Origin: an uncultured Rhodobacterales bacterium
Lineage (GTDB): Bacteria; Pseudomonadota; Alphaproteobacteria; Rhodobacterales; Rhodobacteraceae
DNA: 64,000 bases
Assembly: GCA_964588725.1 (NCBI GenBank)
Contig: CAZPQL010000001.1
Span: 782-64,781, forward strand
Reading direction: 5' to 3'
The notes below the pieces were generated by a model. That model did not search any database and had not been told where the DNA came from. It saw only the letters and a list, made by a program, of their open reading frames with translations. This document shows positions 39,424 through 50,304 of the stretch, one piece after another. Positions within the stretch are counted from its first letter, which is position 1. Every line of letters starts with the position of its first letter. The position numbers and the translations under genes are program-made.

Positions 39424-41685
39424 TCAGCCGCATTTGGAATACGAACACGCCAGACAGGTGTTGCACCCTTCGACCATTTGCAGTGCGTATTGTCCGCAAT
39501 TGGGACAGGCGTTGCCCGGGGTGATGGACAAACCCGCGGACGCACTGGGATGGGGGTCCGCCCTAAGATGGGCACCTTCGCTGGCAATAAAGCCAATGGC
39601 CAGCATATGGCGCTCGATCACACCGCCAATCGCTGCCAGCATCGACGGGATATATTTGCCTTCCACCCATGCGCCACCACGCGGATCAAACACCGCCTTG
39701 AGCTCTTCCACAACGAAACTGACATCGCCGCCGCGCCGAAACACCGCCGAAATCATCCTTGTGAGCGCCACCGTCCACGCGAAATTATCCATATTCTTGG
39801 AATTGATGAACACCTCGAACGGACGGCGGTGCCCGTTCAGGATCACGTCGTTGATGGTGATATAGATGGCGTGTTCGCTTTCGGGCCACTTGATCTTATA
39901 AGTCTGCCCTTCCAGCGCCTCGGGGCGCCCCAAAGGTTCGGCGATATAGACCACGTCAGCCCCGCGATCGACGTCGGGCGCGTCTTCGGTGGTTTCCGCC
40001 ACACTCAGAATCGACCCCGTCACGTCATTGGGCCGATAAGTCGTGCAGCCTTTGCAACCGCTATCCCACGCGGCCATATAGACCGCTTTGAAAGCGTCAA
40101 AGCTAATATCAACGGGGCAATTGATCGTTTTGGAAATCGAACTGTCCACATGTTTCTGCGCCGCAGCCTGCATTTTTACGTGCGCGAGCGGGCTCAGGGT
40201 CTGCGCGTCGACAAAATGCGCGGGCAAAGGCGCGTCACCAAATTTTTCGCGCCACATGGCCACAGCATAATCAACCACGTTTTCCTCGATCCGGCTACCG
40301 TCAGATTGCAGAACTTTTCGTGTGTATTGGTAGGCAAAAACCGGCTCGACGCCCGACGACACGTTGCCGGCGTAAAGCGAAATCGTACCCGTCGGCGCGA
40401 TCGACGTCAGCAACGCATTGCGCAACCCGTGTTTTTTGATGGCCGCCCGGACGTCGGCATCCAGCGCGGCAACATTCTCGCCAGCCAGAAACGCCTTGGC
40501 GTCAAACAAAGGAAACGCGCCTTTTTCACGCGCCAGTTCGGTTGACGCCAAATAGGCGGCGCGTGCGATCAGTGCCAGCCATTGTCCGGTTTTGGCCGCC
40601 GCCGCGTCCGAGCCGTACCGCAGTCCAACCATCAACAGCGCATCCGCCAAGCCGGTGATTCCAAGGCCGATTCGGCGTTTGGCCACCGCCTCGTCGCGCT
40701 GTGCCGCCAGCGGAAATTTTGATACGTCAACAACGTTGTCCATCATCCGCACCGCGACGCGCACCAGATCAGACAGGGCTTGTTCCGACACAGCGGCACC
40801 GTCTTCAAACGGCGCAGACACCAGCCGCGCCAGATTGACCGAACCCAGCAAACAGGCACCATAAGGCGGCAAAGGTTGCTCGCCACAGGGGTTGGTGGCG
40901 GCGATGTCTTCGCAGTACGCAAGGTTGTTCAGCCGGTTTATCCGGTCGATGAAAATCACGCCGGGTTCGGCGAAATCAAAAGTCGAGCGCATGATCTGAT
41001 CCCAAAGAACCGGCGCCTGCACGGTCTTATAGACCTTTTGGTCAAAACAAAGATCCCACGGTGCGTCTGATTTGACCGCCGCCATGAACTCATCAGTCAC
41101 CAGAACCGACAGGTTAAACATCCGCAACCGCGCAGCGTCGCCCTTGGCCGCAATAAAATCCTCGATATCCGGATGGTCGCAGCGCATGGTCGCCATCATG
41201 GCCCCGCGCCTTGAACCCGCCGACATGATCGTGCGGCACATGGCGTCCCAGACATCCATGAACGACAGCGGCCCCGAGGCATCGGCGCCCACACCTTTAA
41301 CGTCGGCACCCTTTGGGCGCAGGGTGGAAAAATCAAACCCGACGCCGCCACCCTGCTGCATGGTCAGTGCCGCTTCTTTCAGCGACTCGAAAATCCCGCC
41401 CATGGTGTCGGCGATCGTGCCCATGACAAAACAGTTGAACAGGGTCACATCGCGGGCTGTACCGGCCCCGGCCAAAATGCGTCCTGCAGGCAGGAATTTG
41501 AAATCCTCAAGCGCGCCGTAAAATACCTTTTCCCAGTGATCCGCATCTTTTTCCGGGGCCGCCAAAGCCTTGGCCACGCGTCGCCAGCTATCTTCGACAG
41601 AAACGTCGCCGCCACCGGCTTTGGGTGAAAAACGGTATTTCATGTCCCAGATGTGCCGGGATATCGGCGCGGAAAAACGACTCAT
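39424..41685 (-). CDS. nrdJ: class II (adenosylcobalamin-dependent) ribonucleotide reductase
   Basis: 753 aa. NPCGEQPLPPYGACLLGS and SIAPTGTISL motifs. C-terminal Cys cluster CPNCGQ...CNTCLACSYSKCG. Confidence 0.92.
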   Translation of the reverse strand: MSRFSAPISRHIWDMKYRFSPKAGGGDVSVEDSWRRVAKALAAPEKDADHWEKVFYGALEDFKFLPAGRILAGAGTARDVTLFNCFVMGTIADTMGGIFESLKEAALTMQQGGGVGFDFSTLRPKGADVKGVGADASGPLSFMDVWDAMCRTIMSAGSRRGAMMATMRCDHPDIEDFIAAKGDAARLRMFNLSVLVTDEFMAAVKSDAPWDLCFDQKVYKTVQAPVLWDQIMRSTFDFAEPGVIFIDRINRLNNLAYCEDIAATNPCGEQPLPPYGACLLGSVNLARLVSAPFEDGAAVSEQALSDLVRVAVRMMDNVVDVSKFPLAAQRDEAVAKRRIGLGITGLADALLMVGLRYGSDAAAAKTGQWLALIARAAYLASTELAREKGAFPLFDAKAFLAGENVAALDADVRAAIKKHGLRNALLTSIAPTGTISLYAGNVSSGVEPVFAYQYTRKVLQSDGSRIEENVVDYAVAMWREKFGDAPLPAHFVDAQTLSPLAHVKMQAAAQKHVDSSISKTINCPVDISFDAFKAVYMAAWDSGCKGCTTYRPNDVTGSILSVAETTEDAPDVDRGADVVYIAEPLGRPEALEGQTYKIKWPESEHAIYITINDVILNGHRRPFEVFINSKNMDNFAWTVALTRMISAVFRRGGDVSFVVEELKAVFDPRGGAWVEGKYIPSMLAAIGGVIERHMLAIGFIASEGAHLRADPHPSASAGLSITPGNACPNCGQYALQMVEGCNTCLACSYSKCG

Positions 41686-41818
41686 TCAAATGTGTCCAAA
41701 ATGTTTAAGCGGACATAATCAGTACCGGCAATTGACGTCCAAATCAATTCTTTAATGCACTTGCGCCCCCCAACCGGTAGGCTAAACTTGCGAGCAGAGC
41801 GCGAAATGTGGGGGCATT

Positions 41819-42244
41819 GTGGCGAAGCAAACGGTCAATCTTGTCAAGCTCTGCGTCGGCATCGACAGTGTCGAACACCTGCTGGCGCACCGCGCGCGCA
41901 CCGGCGCCACGGCGACATCAACCCATGTCACGCGCATGTGGCCCAAACGCGGTGGTGCGCTGCTCAACGGTGGTTCGCTTTATTGGGTGATCAAAGGCTT
42001 TATTCTGGCGCGTCAACCGATCCTCGATCTGGTGGAAAATACGGGCGCTGACGGGATCAGACGCTGCGCTATCGTGATGGACGCCACCATCGTCCGCACC
42101 CACGCCACCCGCCGCCGCCCGTTTCAGGGCTGGCGTTACCTGAGCGTCGGCGACAGCCCGCCCGATCTGGCGGCTGCGCGCGCACAAGAGGACACCATGC
42201 CCATGGATATGCGTTTGGCGCTTGCAGACATCGGCCTGCGTTGA
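41819..42244 (+). CDS. DUF1489 protein
   Basis: 141 aa, GTG start. VNLVKLCVGIDSVEHL...GGSLYWVIKGFILARQ matches DUF1489 as I remember it. Confidence 0.7.
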   Translation: MAKQTVNLVKLCVGIDSVEHLLAHRARTGATATSTHVTRMWPKRGGALLNGGSLYWVIKGFILARQPILDLVENTGADGIRRCAIVMDATIVRTHATRRRPFQGWRYLSVGDSPPDLAAARAQEDTMPMDMRLALADIGLR

Positions 42245-42265
42245 ACCCCTGCCTGCTCGTCTTCA

Positions 42266-42331
42266 TTTTTGCAAAAATACTCGCGCCGCAGGCCAACAGG
42301 CTCAAATCCCCGACGGGGATTTAGAGCACAG
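42266..42331 (+). repeat. about 66-nt intergenic repeat, copy 2 (core palindrome AAATCCCC-GAC-GGGGATTT at 42304-42322)
   Basis: Aligns with 35476-35541 in the same orientation. Confidence 0.75.
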
Positions 42332-42335
42332 GACA

Positions 42336-42366
42336 GCCAAAAACAGACCGCAGGTCGGTTTTTGGC
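42336..42366. terminator. bidirectional terminator hairpin GCCAAAAACAGACC-GCA-GGTCGGTTTTTGGC
   Basis: Read directly from the sequence. It lies between the convergent DUF1489 and hisG genes, and A/T runs are built into both arms. Confidence 0.75.
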
Positions 42367-42386
42367 GGGCGCGTACGCCGCGCCTG

Positions 42387-43091
42387 TCACGCCTGCGCAT
42401 CGATCCGCAATTTCACCAGCAATTCGCGCAAATTGGCGCGGTTGCCATCAGACCAATCGGCATCGTTTGACAAAATTAACGCGGCCTGCGAACCGTGCAC
42501 CAAGCCGTCGTCAAGAATTTTCAGATGGTTGGCGCGCAGCGTTTCGCCAGACGAGGTGATATCGGCAACCGCTTCAGCAGTCAGGTTTTTCACCGTGCCC
42601 TCGGTCGCGCCCTGACTGTCCACCAACTGATAGTCGGCCACGCCGCTGCGGCGTAAAAAAGCCAGAACCAGATTGTGATATTTGGTCGCTATGCGCAGCC
42701 GAAACCCGTGAACCGCTCTGAATTGCGCCGCAACCGCATCGAGATCGTCCAGCGTTTGCACGTCGATCCAACGTGCCGGAACCGCGATCACCAAATCGGC
42801 GTGACCAAAACCCATTTGCACCAATTCGCGTAACTGACTACGCCACAGCGCAATTTTCTCGCGCAGTAAATCTGTGCCGGTGACGCCCAAATGAATCCGC
42901 CCGCTTGCCAGTTCCTGTGGAATTTCTCCGGCCGACAAAAGCACCAGTTCCACGCCGTTGGCACCGGCAACGCGCCCCGCGTATTCGCGGACCGACCCGG
43001 CGCGCGACAGCGACACGCCCCGCGCGGCAAACCACGCCAGCGTTTCGTCGTGCAAACGGCCTTTGGAAGGAATGCCAAGTTTTATCGTCAC
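42387..43091 (-). CDS. hisG: ATP phosphoribosyltransferase, short form
   Basis: 234 aa. LGIPSKGRL... Sits downstream of hisZ with a 4-nt overlap. Confidence 0.9.
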   Translation of the reverse strand: MTIKLGIPSKGRLHDETLAWFAARGVSLSRAGSVREYAGRVAGANGVELVLLSAGEIPQELASGRIHLGVTGTDLLREKIALWRSQLRELVQMGFGHADLVIAVPARWIDVQTLDDLDAVAAQFRAVHGFRLRIATKYHNLVLAFLRRSGVADYQLVDSQGATEGTVKNLTAEAVADITSSGETLRANHLKILDDGLVHGSQAALILSNDADWSDGNRANLRELLVKLRIDAQA

Positions 43092-44197
43092 GATCCGCTC
43101 TCCCGCACCGCGAGAACAAATTCGGGCCGGATCACACCGCCAACCGCTGGAATGGCACGCCCCTGCCCCAACCCAGCTGTCAAGGCATCGTAGCGCCCGC
43201 CGCTGGCCACGACCGCAAGTTCAGGATGGTCTGCGGCGTAAAACCCGAAGACAAACCCGTCGTAATATTCCAGCGTCGTACGCCCGTAGGACCCTTCGAA
43301 CCACAGGCCGTCAACGGCGACGCCGCGCGCGGTGAGCGCCTCCAATCGGCGTTCCATAAGATCAACCGCAGGTGTGATCGCATGCAGGTGTCCCGAAATT
43401 TCGCGCAACATGGACAATGCAACAGGCGCATCATCCTCAATCGCCAAAATATCTTCAAGCAACCGCACCTCTTCTTTTGACAGCGGTGCCGCGTCCGCGT
43501 CGCTATGCAACGTCTCGATGCGCGCCAATATTTCACTGTCATCGCGCAATCCGATTTGCAGCGCAGAGTCCTGCAACGCCTGCGCAGTCGCCGAAAACGA
43601 TGTGTCCAGCAACGCCGCCCGCCCGGCCGGCACGGGAACCTGACCACCAAAACGCTCCAGCAGCTGGCGAAACCGTGCAGGTCGCCACAGGTGCCGCATC
43701 AGCGCGGATTTTCGCACCTCCAGCGTCGACAATCCCGCGATCGCAGCGCGTACAATCCCCATGTCGCCCGTGGACGCCCGCAAATTCAACGGCGCCAGAA
43801 TATCGCTGAACAATGCAAAAACTTCGGCGTCCGCGGTCGCAGCGTCAACTTCGTCAAACAGCTCAAACCCGACCTGCAGGGTTTCGCTGGCGCGCGCCAA
43901 AACGGCATCCTGTTTGCGCCATACGGGGCCGCTGTAGGTATAGCGCCCGCCCTGCGCCCGCCCGTCCATATGCATCTGCACCACGGGCACGGTAAAATCG
44001 GGCCGCATCATCTGTTCGCCGGACTGCGGATCATGGGTCATATAAGCCCGCGCGCGTATGTCTTCGCCGTAGAGATCAAGAAAAATATCTGCGGGTTGCA
44101 ACGCCAGAGTCTCGACCGGTACCGCGCCCGCGTTGGCAAACGCTTCTGCCAATAGTTGGGCTTCGGCCCTGATCCGGCTGAGACGCCCGCTGTGCAT
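43088..44197 (-). CDS. hisZ: ATP phosphoribosyltransferase regulatory subunit
   Basis: 369 aa. A HisRS paralogue lying between hisS and the short-form hisG. Confidence 0.85.
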   Translation of the reverse strand: MHSGRLSRIRAEAQLLAEAFANAGAVPVETLALQPADIFLDLYGEDIRARAYMTHDPQSGEQMMRPDFTVPVVQMHMDGRAQGGRYTYSGPVWRKQDAVLARASETLQVGFELFDEVDAATADAEVFALFSDILAPLNLRASTGDMGIVRAAIAGLSTLEVRKSALMRHLWRPARFRQLLERFGGQVPVPAGRAALLDTSFSATAQALQDSALQIGLRDDSEILARIETLHSDADAAPLSKEEVRLLEDILAIEDDAPVALSMLREISGHLHAITPAVDLMERRLEALTARGVAVDGLWFEGSYGRTTLEYYDGFVFGFYAADHPELAVVASGGRYDALTAGLGQGRAIPAVGGVIRPEFVLAVRESGS

Positions 44198-44200
44198 CGC

Positions 44201-45703
44201 CTAGACTTCCGCCCGCGCGATCATCGCTTTGACCTGCGCCACCAGATCGCCGCGCGCAATTTCGATCTGCGCCGGTTGCGATTTCCATTCCTCGTTGGTG
44301 GTCATGTCGGCCGCCAGCCGCGCGCCCAGCGCCAGGTCCTTGATCTGCACGACCCCGCGCGCGCGTTCATCCTCGCCCTCGATCACCGCCACGGGTGCGG
44401 CACGCTGATCCGCATATTTTAACTGGTTACCAAAATTCTTTGGGTTGCCAAGATAAACCTCGGCGCGGATGCCGGACTGGCGCAACTCGGCCACCATCGC
44501 CTGATAATCGCTCATGCGGGTCTTTTCCATCACGGTGACAACCACCGGACCGGGCGCGGTGGACGTCCCGCCGCTTTTGGCCTCTAATGCTGCCAGCAGA
44601 CGGTCAACGCCGATCGAAATACCCGTGGCCGGAACCGCCTGACCGGTAAAGCGCTTCACCAGATCGTCATAGCGCCCGCCACCGGCAACGCTGCCGAAAC
44701 TGCGCGCCCGCCCCTTGTCGTCGGTGATTTCAAACGTCAATTCGGCCTCGTAAACCGGACCGGTATAATAGCCAAGACCGCGCACGACCGAGGGGTCGAT
44801 TTCAATGCGGTCGGGGCCGTAGCCTTGGGCATGCAGCAGAGCAGCTATTTCCTGCAATTCCGCCACACCCTGAAAACCCGTATCAGAGCCTTGTACCAGT
44901 TCGCCCAGTCGCGCGCAGGTCGACGAGGCGTCAGCGCGTTTTGCCTCGATAAAGCCAACAACAATATCGGCCTGCGCGTCCGTCAGATTGGCACCATCGG
45001 TAAAATCGCCGCTGTCGTCCTTGCGTCCCTCGCCCAGCAGCGCGCGCACGCCAGCCACACCAAGACGGTCAAGTTTATCAATCGCACGCAGGACAATGCC
45101 GCGTTCACTGGCGAATTTTTCGGGCGCATCGGGATCATGCACACCGATGACCTCCATCACACCGTTCAGCACTTTCCGGTTATTCAACCGGATCACGTAA
45201 TCGCCGCGCGCAATCCCCACAGCTTCCAGCGTGTCGCAAAGCATCGCGCATATCTCGGCGTCCGCTGCCATGGATGATGTGCCGACGGTATCCGCATCGC
45301 ATTGATAAAACTGCCGAAACCGCCCCGGTCCCGGCTTTTCATTACGCCAGACCGGCCCCATGGCGTAGCGCCGGTACGGGCTGGGCAAATCATTACGGTG
45401 CTGGGCGTAAACCCGCGCCAAAGGCGCTGTCAGATCGTAGCGCAGCGCCAGCCAGTCGCCGTCTTCTTCCCACGCGAACACGCCTTCATTCGGGCGTTCG
45501 ACATCGGGCAGAAACTTGCCCAAAGCCTCCACTGTTTCCACGGCAGCGGTTTCAAGCGGATCAAACCCATAGCGGTGATAAACGCCGGCAATTTTGCCCA
45601 GCATCGCGTTGCGCGCCGCCACCCCGGCACCAAAATAATCGCGAAAACCGCGTGGCGTGACGGCGCGGGGGCGCATTGTTTTGGGTTTTCTGTTTCTCGC
45701 CAT
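44201..45703 (-). CDS. hisS: histidyl-tRNA synthetase
   Basis: 500 aa. Class II motifs ([33 protein letters not shown]). Confidence 0.95.
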   Translation of the reverse strand: MARNRKPKTMRPRAVTPRGFRDYFGAGVAARNAMLGKIAGVYHRYGFDPLETAAVETVEALGKFLPDVERPNEGVFAWEEDGDWLALRYDLTAPLARVYAQHRNDLPSPYRRYAMGPVWRNEKPGPGRFRQFYQCDADTVGTSSMAADAEICAMLCDTLEAVGIARGDYVIRLNNRKVLNGVMEVIGVHDPDAPEKFASERGIVLRAIDKLDRLGVAGVRALLGEGRKDDSGDFTDGANLTDAQADIVVGFIEAKRADASSTCARLGELVQGSDTGFQGVAELQEIAALLHAQGYGPDRIEIDPSVVRGLGYYTGPVYEAELTFEITDDKGRARSFGSVAGGGRYDDLVKRFTGQAVPATGISIGVDRLLAALEAKSGGTSTAPGPVVVTVMEKTRMSDYQAMVAELRQSGIRAEVYLGNPKNFGNQLKYADQRAAPVAVIEGEDERARGVVQIKDLALGARLAADMTTNEEWKSQPAQIEIARGDLVAQVKAMIARAEV

Positions 45704-45811
45704 AGTCGGATTTCACTTGTCAAATCACCACGTTGGCGCCCTCCTAACCCATGCACCATTTCGGGGCAAGTTGGTGTGGTGATTTTGGCCACGAGCGCGT
45801 AACCTGACCCC

Positions 45812-46027
45812 ATGACAGATACCAATACACGCCTGACCGAGCTTGAAATCCAATCCACGCACATGGCCAACACCATTGACGAACTCAGTGCGGTTATTGC
45901 CTCGCAGGCGGGCGAAATCGAGACCCTGACACGGCGGTTGCACATGTTGCTGGAACGCGCCGCGCGCGAAGACGTCGACGGTGGTGAAAGCGCCCCGCTG
46001 ACCGAGCAGGTGCCGCCGCATTGGTAA
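45812..46027 (+). CDS. slyX: SlyX-family coiled-coil protein
   Basis: 71 aa. RLTELEIQSTHMANTIDELSAVIASQ. Confidence 0.75.
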   Translation: MTDTNTRLTELEIQSTHMANTIDELSAVIASQAGEIETLTRRLHMLLERAAREDVDGGESAPLTEQVPPHW

Positions 46028-46128
46028 AAAAACGCGCCTTTGCATTCTTACCGCCCCTGCCCCCATCCGGTGCATTTTGGTTTTTTGACACGATCGACGC
46101 TGCCGGTCAGAACCGGGCCAAACACTTT

Positions 46129-46761
46129 ATGTTCAGGGCTTTTCTCGCCGGTTTGGCCGTTGCTTTGCCGGCGCAATTCTTGCCGGGTTGGATCGGCGCC
46201 AGACCCCTGTCGTGGATCTGGATGTTTCCTGCTGTTCTTGGCGGATTGGCGGTGCTGTTCTGGGCGACCGGTCGCGCGATCCTGCTGACCGGCCATTGGC
46301 GCGGCGTTTTTCAGGCCGCTGTTACACTGTTTATGCTTGTGTTTTTTGTGGTGCTATTTTTGTGGCAAGGTGGCAGCGCTGACAGCGCCGCACGCTGGAC
46401 AGAATTGCTTGTTGTGCGCTCGGACGACCGCGATCTTGTGTTCACGGCCTTCGGCCTTGGAGCTGTGCTGGGGTGGACCGTTCATTACACTTATCCGGTC
46501 CGCACGTTTATTGTGGCGATGCTGCTGATATTTATGGCCGTGTGGATGGACCTGCAGGGATATTATGTAGAATTGCACGACGGGTATTCGATTTTTCTGC
46601 CGGGATATGCCGACGTCGGCACCACCAGACGGACGGGCGATTTACCGGATAACGATGGAGGTCGCGCCATTGTTGCGATGACCACGGTTACCTTTGCGTC
46701 CTGGTTGCCGCTGTTAGTCTGGCTGGCGTTCAAGCGTCGCCGCGCGGCAAAGCGCCCCTAA
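46129..46761 (+). CDS. hypothetical integral membrane protein
   Basis: Start chosen at ATG 46129 (MFRAFLAGLAVAL...). About 6 hydrophobic segments. Its stop overlaps the dnaE stop, in convergent orientation. Confidence 0.55.
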   Translation: MFRAFLAGLAVALPAQFLPGWIGARPLSWIWMFPAVLGGLAVLFWATGRAILLTGHWRGVFQAAVTLFMLVFFVVLFLWQGGSADSAARWTELLVVRSDDRDLVFTAFGLGAVLGWTVHYTYPVRTFIVAMLLIFMAVWMDLQGYYVELHDGYSIFLPGYADVGTTRRTGDLPDNDGGRAIVAMTTVTFASWLPLLVWLAFKRRRAAKRP

Positions 46762-49700
46762 AACTCCTCCACCACCACAACCCCCGGCAGGCTTTTGAGC
46801 GCGCCTTTCACCTGCGGCGTCACGGCAAAATCCGCGCCCAGGTCAATTTCTACCTCACCCGGTAATTCGGGATGCATCAGTAGCAGGTTGACCGGCCCTT
46901 TGGATCTTTTTGGTGCGTCTTTGCTGGCATTGTTCAACACTTTGGCCACCGAAGAAATCACGCGGTCCTCGTTCACGAACACCCGCAACCCCATGGCCGC
47001 AGCGTCGGCCACGGCACCATCGATCAGTTGCACCGACCGCGCCAAAAGTTTGAGCTGATCACCCTCCATGTTGGCCTCGACTGCAAGAACCACGTTGCAC
47101 CCCGGTTCCAGCAGGTCGCGGTGTTGCTCCAGCGTGTCCGCAAACACGGTGACTTCGTAAAGCCCTGTGGGATCAGACAGTTGTACAAATGCGAAACGAT
47201 TTCCGCGAGCGGATTTTCGCTCCTGACGGGCTGCCACCGACCCCGCCATTTTGACGGCCACGCGTTGGCCCACGGCCTTTTTCGTCACTTCCGCCAACAT
47301 CAGCACATTTTTGCGTTTCAGCGGTCCAAGGTAGTCGTCCAGAGGATGCCCCGACAAATAAAAACCCACGGCCTGATGTTCCTGACCCAAAAGTTCCGAC
47401 GGCAGCCAATCCTCGCGTTCGGTCATTCTGGGTGCGGGTAATTCCTCACCGGCGTCACCGAACAATCCTCGTTGACTGGAGTTGCGGTCATCGTGGGTCG
47501 CCGCCGAATAGGCCACCAATGCGTCGACATTGGCCAGAACGCGCGCGCGGTTGCGGTCGAGCTGATCAAACGCACCGGCGCGGGCCAGCATTTCCATGGG
47601 GCGTTTGCCGACGCGTTTCAGGTCAACGCGGCGGGCAAATTCAAACAGATCGCGGAAAATCGCGTCGCCGCGCGCCCCGGTGATCAGTTTCATGGCTTCG
47701 ACGCCGACGTTTTTCAAGCCACCCAGTGCATAAACAATCTGGCCGTCCAGCACGCTGAACCGCGCCTGCGAGCGGTTGACACAGGGCGGAATCAGCGGAA
47801 TGTCAAGACGCTTAACTTCTTGAATATACACGTTCAATTTATCGGTCAGGTGCAAATCGCAATTCATCACCGCCGCCATGAATTCAACGGGATAGTTGGC
47901 CTTCAGCCAAGCAGTTTGATAGGATACCACGCCATAGGCCGCGGCGTGGGACTTGTTAAACCCGTAGTTGGCGAATTTTGCCAACAGATCAAACACCTCG
48001 TTGGCTTTGTCGCCATCCACACCGCGCGCAGCGGCACCTTTCACAAATTTCGGGCGCTCGGCGTCCATGGCGCTTTGGATTTTCTTGCCCATGGCGCGGC
48101 GCAGCATATCGGCCCCGCCAAGGCTGTAGCCCGCCATTTCCTGCGCGATCTGCATCACCTGTTCCTGATAGACGATTATACCCTGGGTCTCGTCCAGAAT
48201 GTGATCGACCGAAGGGTGCAGCATCTCGCGGTCCTCCAGCCCGTTCTTGACCTTGCAAAACTTGGGGATATTTTCCATCGGCCCCGGGCGGTACAGCGCC
48301 ACCAGCGCCACAATGTCCTCGATACAGGTTGGTTTCATCTGGCGCAGCGCGTCCATCATGCCGCTGCTTTCCACCTGAAACACGGCCACCGTTTTGGCAC
48401 TGGTATAAAGCGTATATGTCCCCGGATCATCCAGCGGAATAGCAGCGATATCGACGTTCACGCCGCGCAGTTTCAGCAAGTCGATGGCATTTTGAATGAC
48501 CGTCAGGGTTTTGAGGCCCAGAAAATCGTATTTCACCAGCCCGGCCTGCTCGACCCATTTCATGTTGAACTGTGTTGCGGCCATATCGGAACGCGGGTCG
48601 CGGTAAAGCGGTACCAGCTCGTTGAGCGGACGATCACCAATGACGATCCCGGCGGCGTGGGTCGAGGCGTTGCGCAATAGTCCTTCAAGCTGCCCCGCGT
48701 AATCAAGCATTCGTGCGACCACCTCTTCGGATTTGGCTTGTTCGCGCAGGCGTGGCTCGTCGGCCAGTGCTTTTTCAATCGAAACCGGCTTGACGCCTTC
48801 GACCGGGATCAACTTGGACAGGCGGTCCACCTGCCCATAGGGCATTTGCAGCACCCGTCCCACGTCGCGCACGGCGGCCTTGGACAAGAGCGCGCCAAAG
48901 GTGATGATTTGTGCGACGCGGTCGGCTCCGTATTTGTCCTGCACGTAGGTAATGACCTCTTCGCGGCGGTCCATGCAGAAATCAATGTCAAAGTCCGGGA
49001 TCGATATGCGCTCGGGGTTGAGGAAACGTTCGAACAAAAGCGAATACCGCAGCGGATCAAGATCGGTGATCGTCAGCGCATAGGCCACCAGCGACCCCGC
49101 CCCCGAACCACGGCCCGGCCCCACCGGAATGCCCTGATCCTTGGCCCATTTGATGAAATCGGCGACGATCAGAAAATAGCCGGGAAAGCCCATGCTTTCG
49201 ATGATACCAAGTTCAAATTCCAGTCGTTTTTCATATATTTCGACCGACGCCGCCTGCGGTATCTTTGCCAGTCTTTGCTTCAGCCCCGCCGCCGCCTGAC
49301 GGCGCAGCGTCTGGACCTCGTCGGCGGCAAATTTTGGCAGAAGTGGCGCACGGCGGGCGACTTTGAACGCGCAGCGTCTTGCAATTTCAACCGTATTTTC
49401 AACCGCTTCGGGCAGATCGGCAAACAGTGCGGCCATATCACCCGCGCTTTTGAAATAATGCTGCGGCGTCAGGTGTCGGCGCGGTTCCTGCTGGTCGACA
49501 TATGCGCCTTCGGCGATGCAGATCAACGCATCGTGCGCGGCGTACATGTCTGTGTGAGGGAAATAGACGTCGTTCGTCGCCACCAAGGGCAGCTTCAAGT
49601 CGTACGCCATTGCGATAAACGCCGGCTCGGTTGCGTTCTGTGCGGGCGTGGTGCCGCCCGCGCCGTCAGGATGGCGCTGCAGTTCCACATACAACCGATT

Positions 49701-50195
49701 GTCATATATTTCGCCAAGCTGCTGCATGGTATCACGCGCGCGTGCCGTCTGACGATCCAGCAGCAACCGGCCAACCGGACCACCAGCCCCGCCGCTCAAA
49801 CAAATAAGACCGGCATTGTGGTTCTGCAGTTCGTCCAATGTCACATGAACCGGCTGATTATCGTCCCGTAAAAACAACAAAGCATTCAGCTTCATCAGAT
49901 TGGCGTAACCGTCCTCGTTTTGGGCCAGCAACACCAACGGTGCACAACGAAACGAACCGTCGTCGCGTGTCGTTTGCACGTCGATCTGACAGCCGATGAT
50001 TGGTTGCAGGCCTGCATCGGCGGCCTTGGTTGAAAATTCCAGTGCTGCGTACATATTGTTGGTGTCGGTGACGGCGACGGCCGGCATTTTTGACGCCGTG
50101 CACAATTCCGCAAGTGAATCCAACCGCACCGCGCCCTCAAGCAGCGAGTACTCGGTGTGAACACGAAGATGGATGAATCGGGGACTGCCGGTCAT
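46758..50195 (-). CDS. dnaE: DNA polymerase III alpha subunit
   Basis: Start chosen at ATG 50195 (MTGSPRFIHLRVHTEYSLLEG, PHP domain). About 1145 aa. Confidence 0.97.
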   Translation of the reverse strand: MTGSPRFIHLRVHTEYSLLEGAVRLDSLAELCTASKMPAVAVTDTNNMYAALEFSTKAADAGLQPIIGCQIDVQTTRDDGSFRCAPLVLLAQNEDGYANLMKLNALLFLRDDNQPVHVTLDELQNHNAGLICLSGGAGGPVGRLLLDRQTARARDTMQQLGEIYDNRLYVELQRHPDGAGGTTPAQNATEPAFIAMAYDLKLPLVATNDVYFPHTDMYAAHDALICIAEGAYVDQQEPRRHLTPQHYFKSAGDMAALFADLPEAVENTVEIARRCAFKVARRAPLLPKFAADEVQTLRRQAAAGLKQRLAKIPQAASVEIYEKRLEFELGIIESMGFPGYFLIVADFIKWAKDQGIPVGPGRGSGAGSLVAYALTITDLDPLRYSLLFERFLNPERISIPDFDIDFCMDRREEVITYVQDKYGADRVAQIITFGALLSKAAVRDVGRVLQMPYGQVDRLSKLIPVEGVKPVSIEKALADEPRLREQAKSEEVVARMLDYAGQLEGLLRNASTHAAGIVIGDRPLNELVPLYRDPRSDMAATQFNMKWVEQAGLVKYDFLGLKTLTVIQNAIDLLKLRGVNVDIAAIPLDDPGTYTLYTSAKTVAVFQVESSGMMDALRQMKPTCIEDIVALVALYRPGPMENIPKFCKVKNGLEDREMLHPSVDHILDETQGIIVYQEQVMQIAQEMAGYSLGGADMLRRAMGKKIQSAMDAERPKFVKGAAARGVDGDKANEVFDLLAKFANYGFNKSHAAAYGVVSYQTAWLKANYPVEFMAAVMNCDLHLTDKLNVYIQEVKRLDIPLIPPCVNRSQARFSVLDGQIVYALGGLKNVGVEAMKLITGARGDAIFRDLFEFARRVDLKRVGKRPMEMLARAGAFDQLDRNRARVLANVDALVAYSAATHDDRNSSQRGLFGDAGEELPAPRMTEREDWLPSELLGQEHQAVGFYLSGHPLDDYLGPLKRKNVLMLAEVTKKAVGQRVAVKMAGSVAARQERKSARGNRFAFVQLSDPTGLYEVTVFADTLEQHRDLLEPGCNVVLAVEANMEGDQLKLLARSVQLIDGAVADAAAMGLRVFVNEDRVISSVAKVLNNASKDAPKRSKGPVNLLLMHPELPGEVEIDLGADFAVTPQVKGALKSLPGVVVVEEF

Positions 50196-50304
50196 GACGA
50201 AACAACTAAACCACCGGGCCTGCGCGCGAAAGCCATTGATTGCGGCAACATTGCCTTGCAATCAATTCAACGAGACTGTTTGATCGCTTGGCGAAGGGGT
50301 AAAG

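Noticed and set aside
39340-40545. 401-aa ORF on the plus strand, antisense to nrdJ
   Set aside because: It lies entirely inside a confidently identified gene. Its Arg/Gly/His/Pro-rich composition is typical of shadow frames in GC-rich coding DNA, and it has no recognisable motifs.
41686-41818. NrdR boxes or a cobalamin riboswitch upstream of nrdJ
   Set aside because: I saw only a partial TGTCC-N13-GGACA repeat and no tandem 16-bp NrdR-type palindromes. The spacer is too short and lacks the conserved B12-box features that I could recognise.
47472-49871. Two long plus-strand ORFs (402 aa and 377 aa), antisense to dnaE
   Set aside because: These are shadow ORFs opposite a highly conserved gene, with Arg/His/Gly/Gln-rich low-complexity translations.
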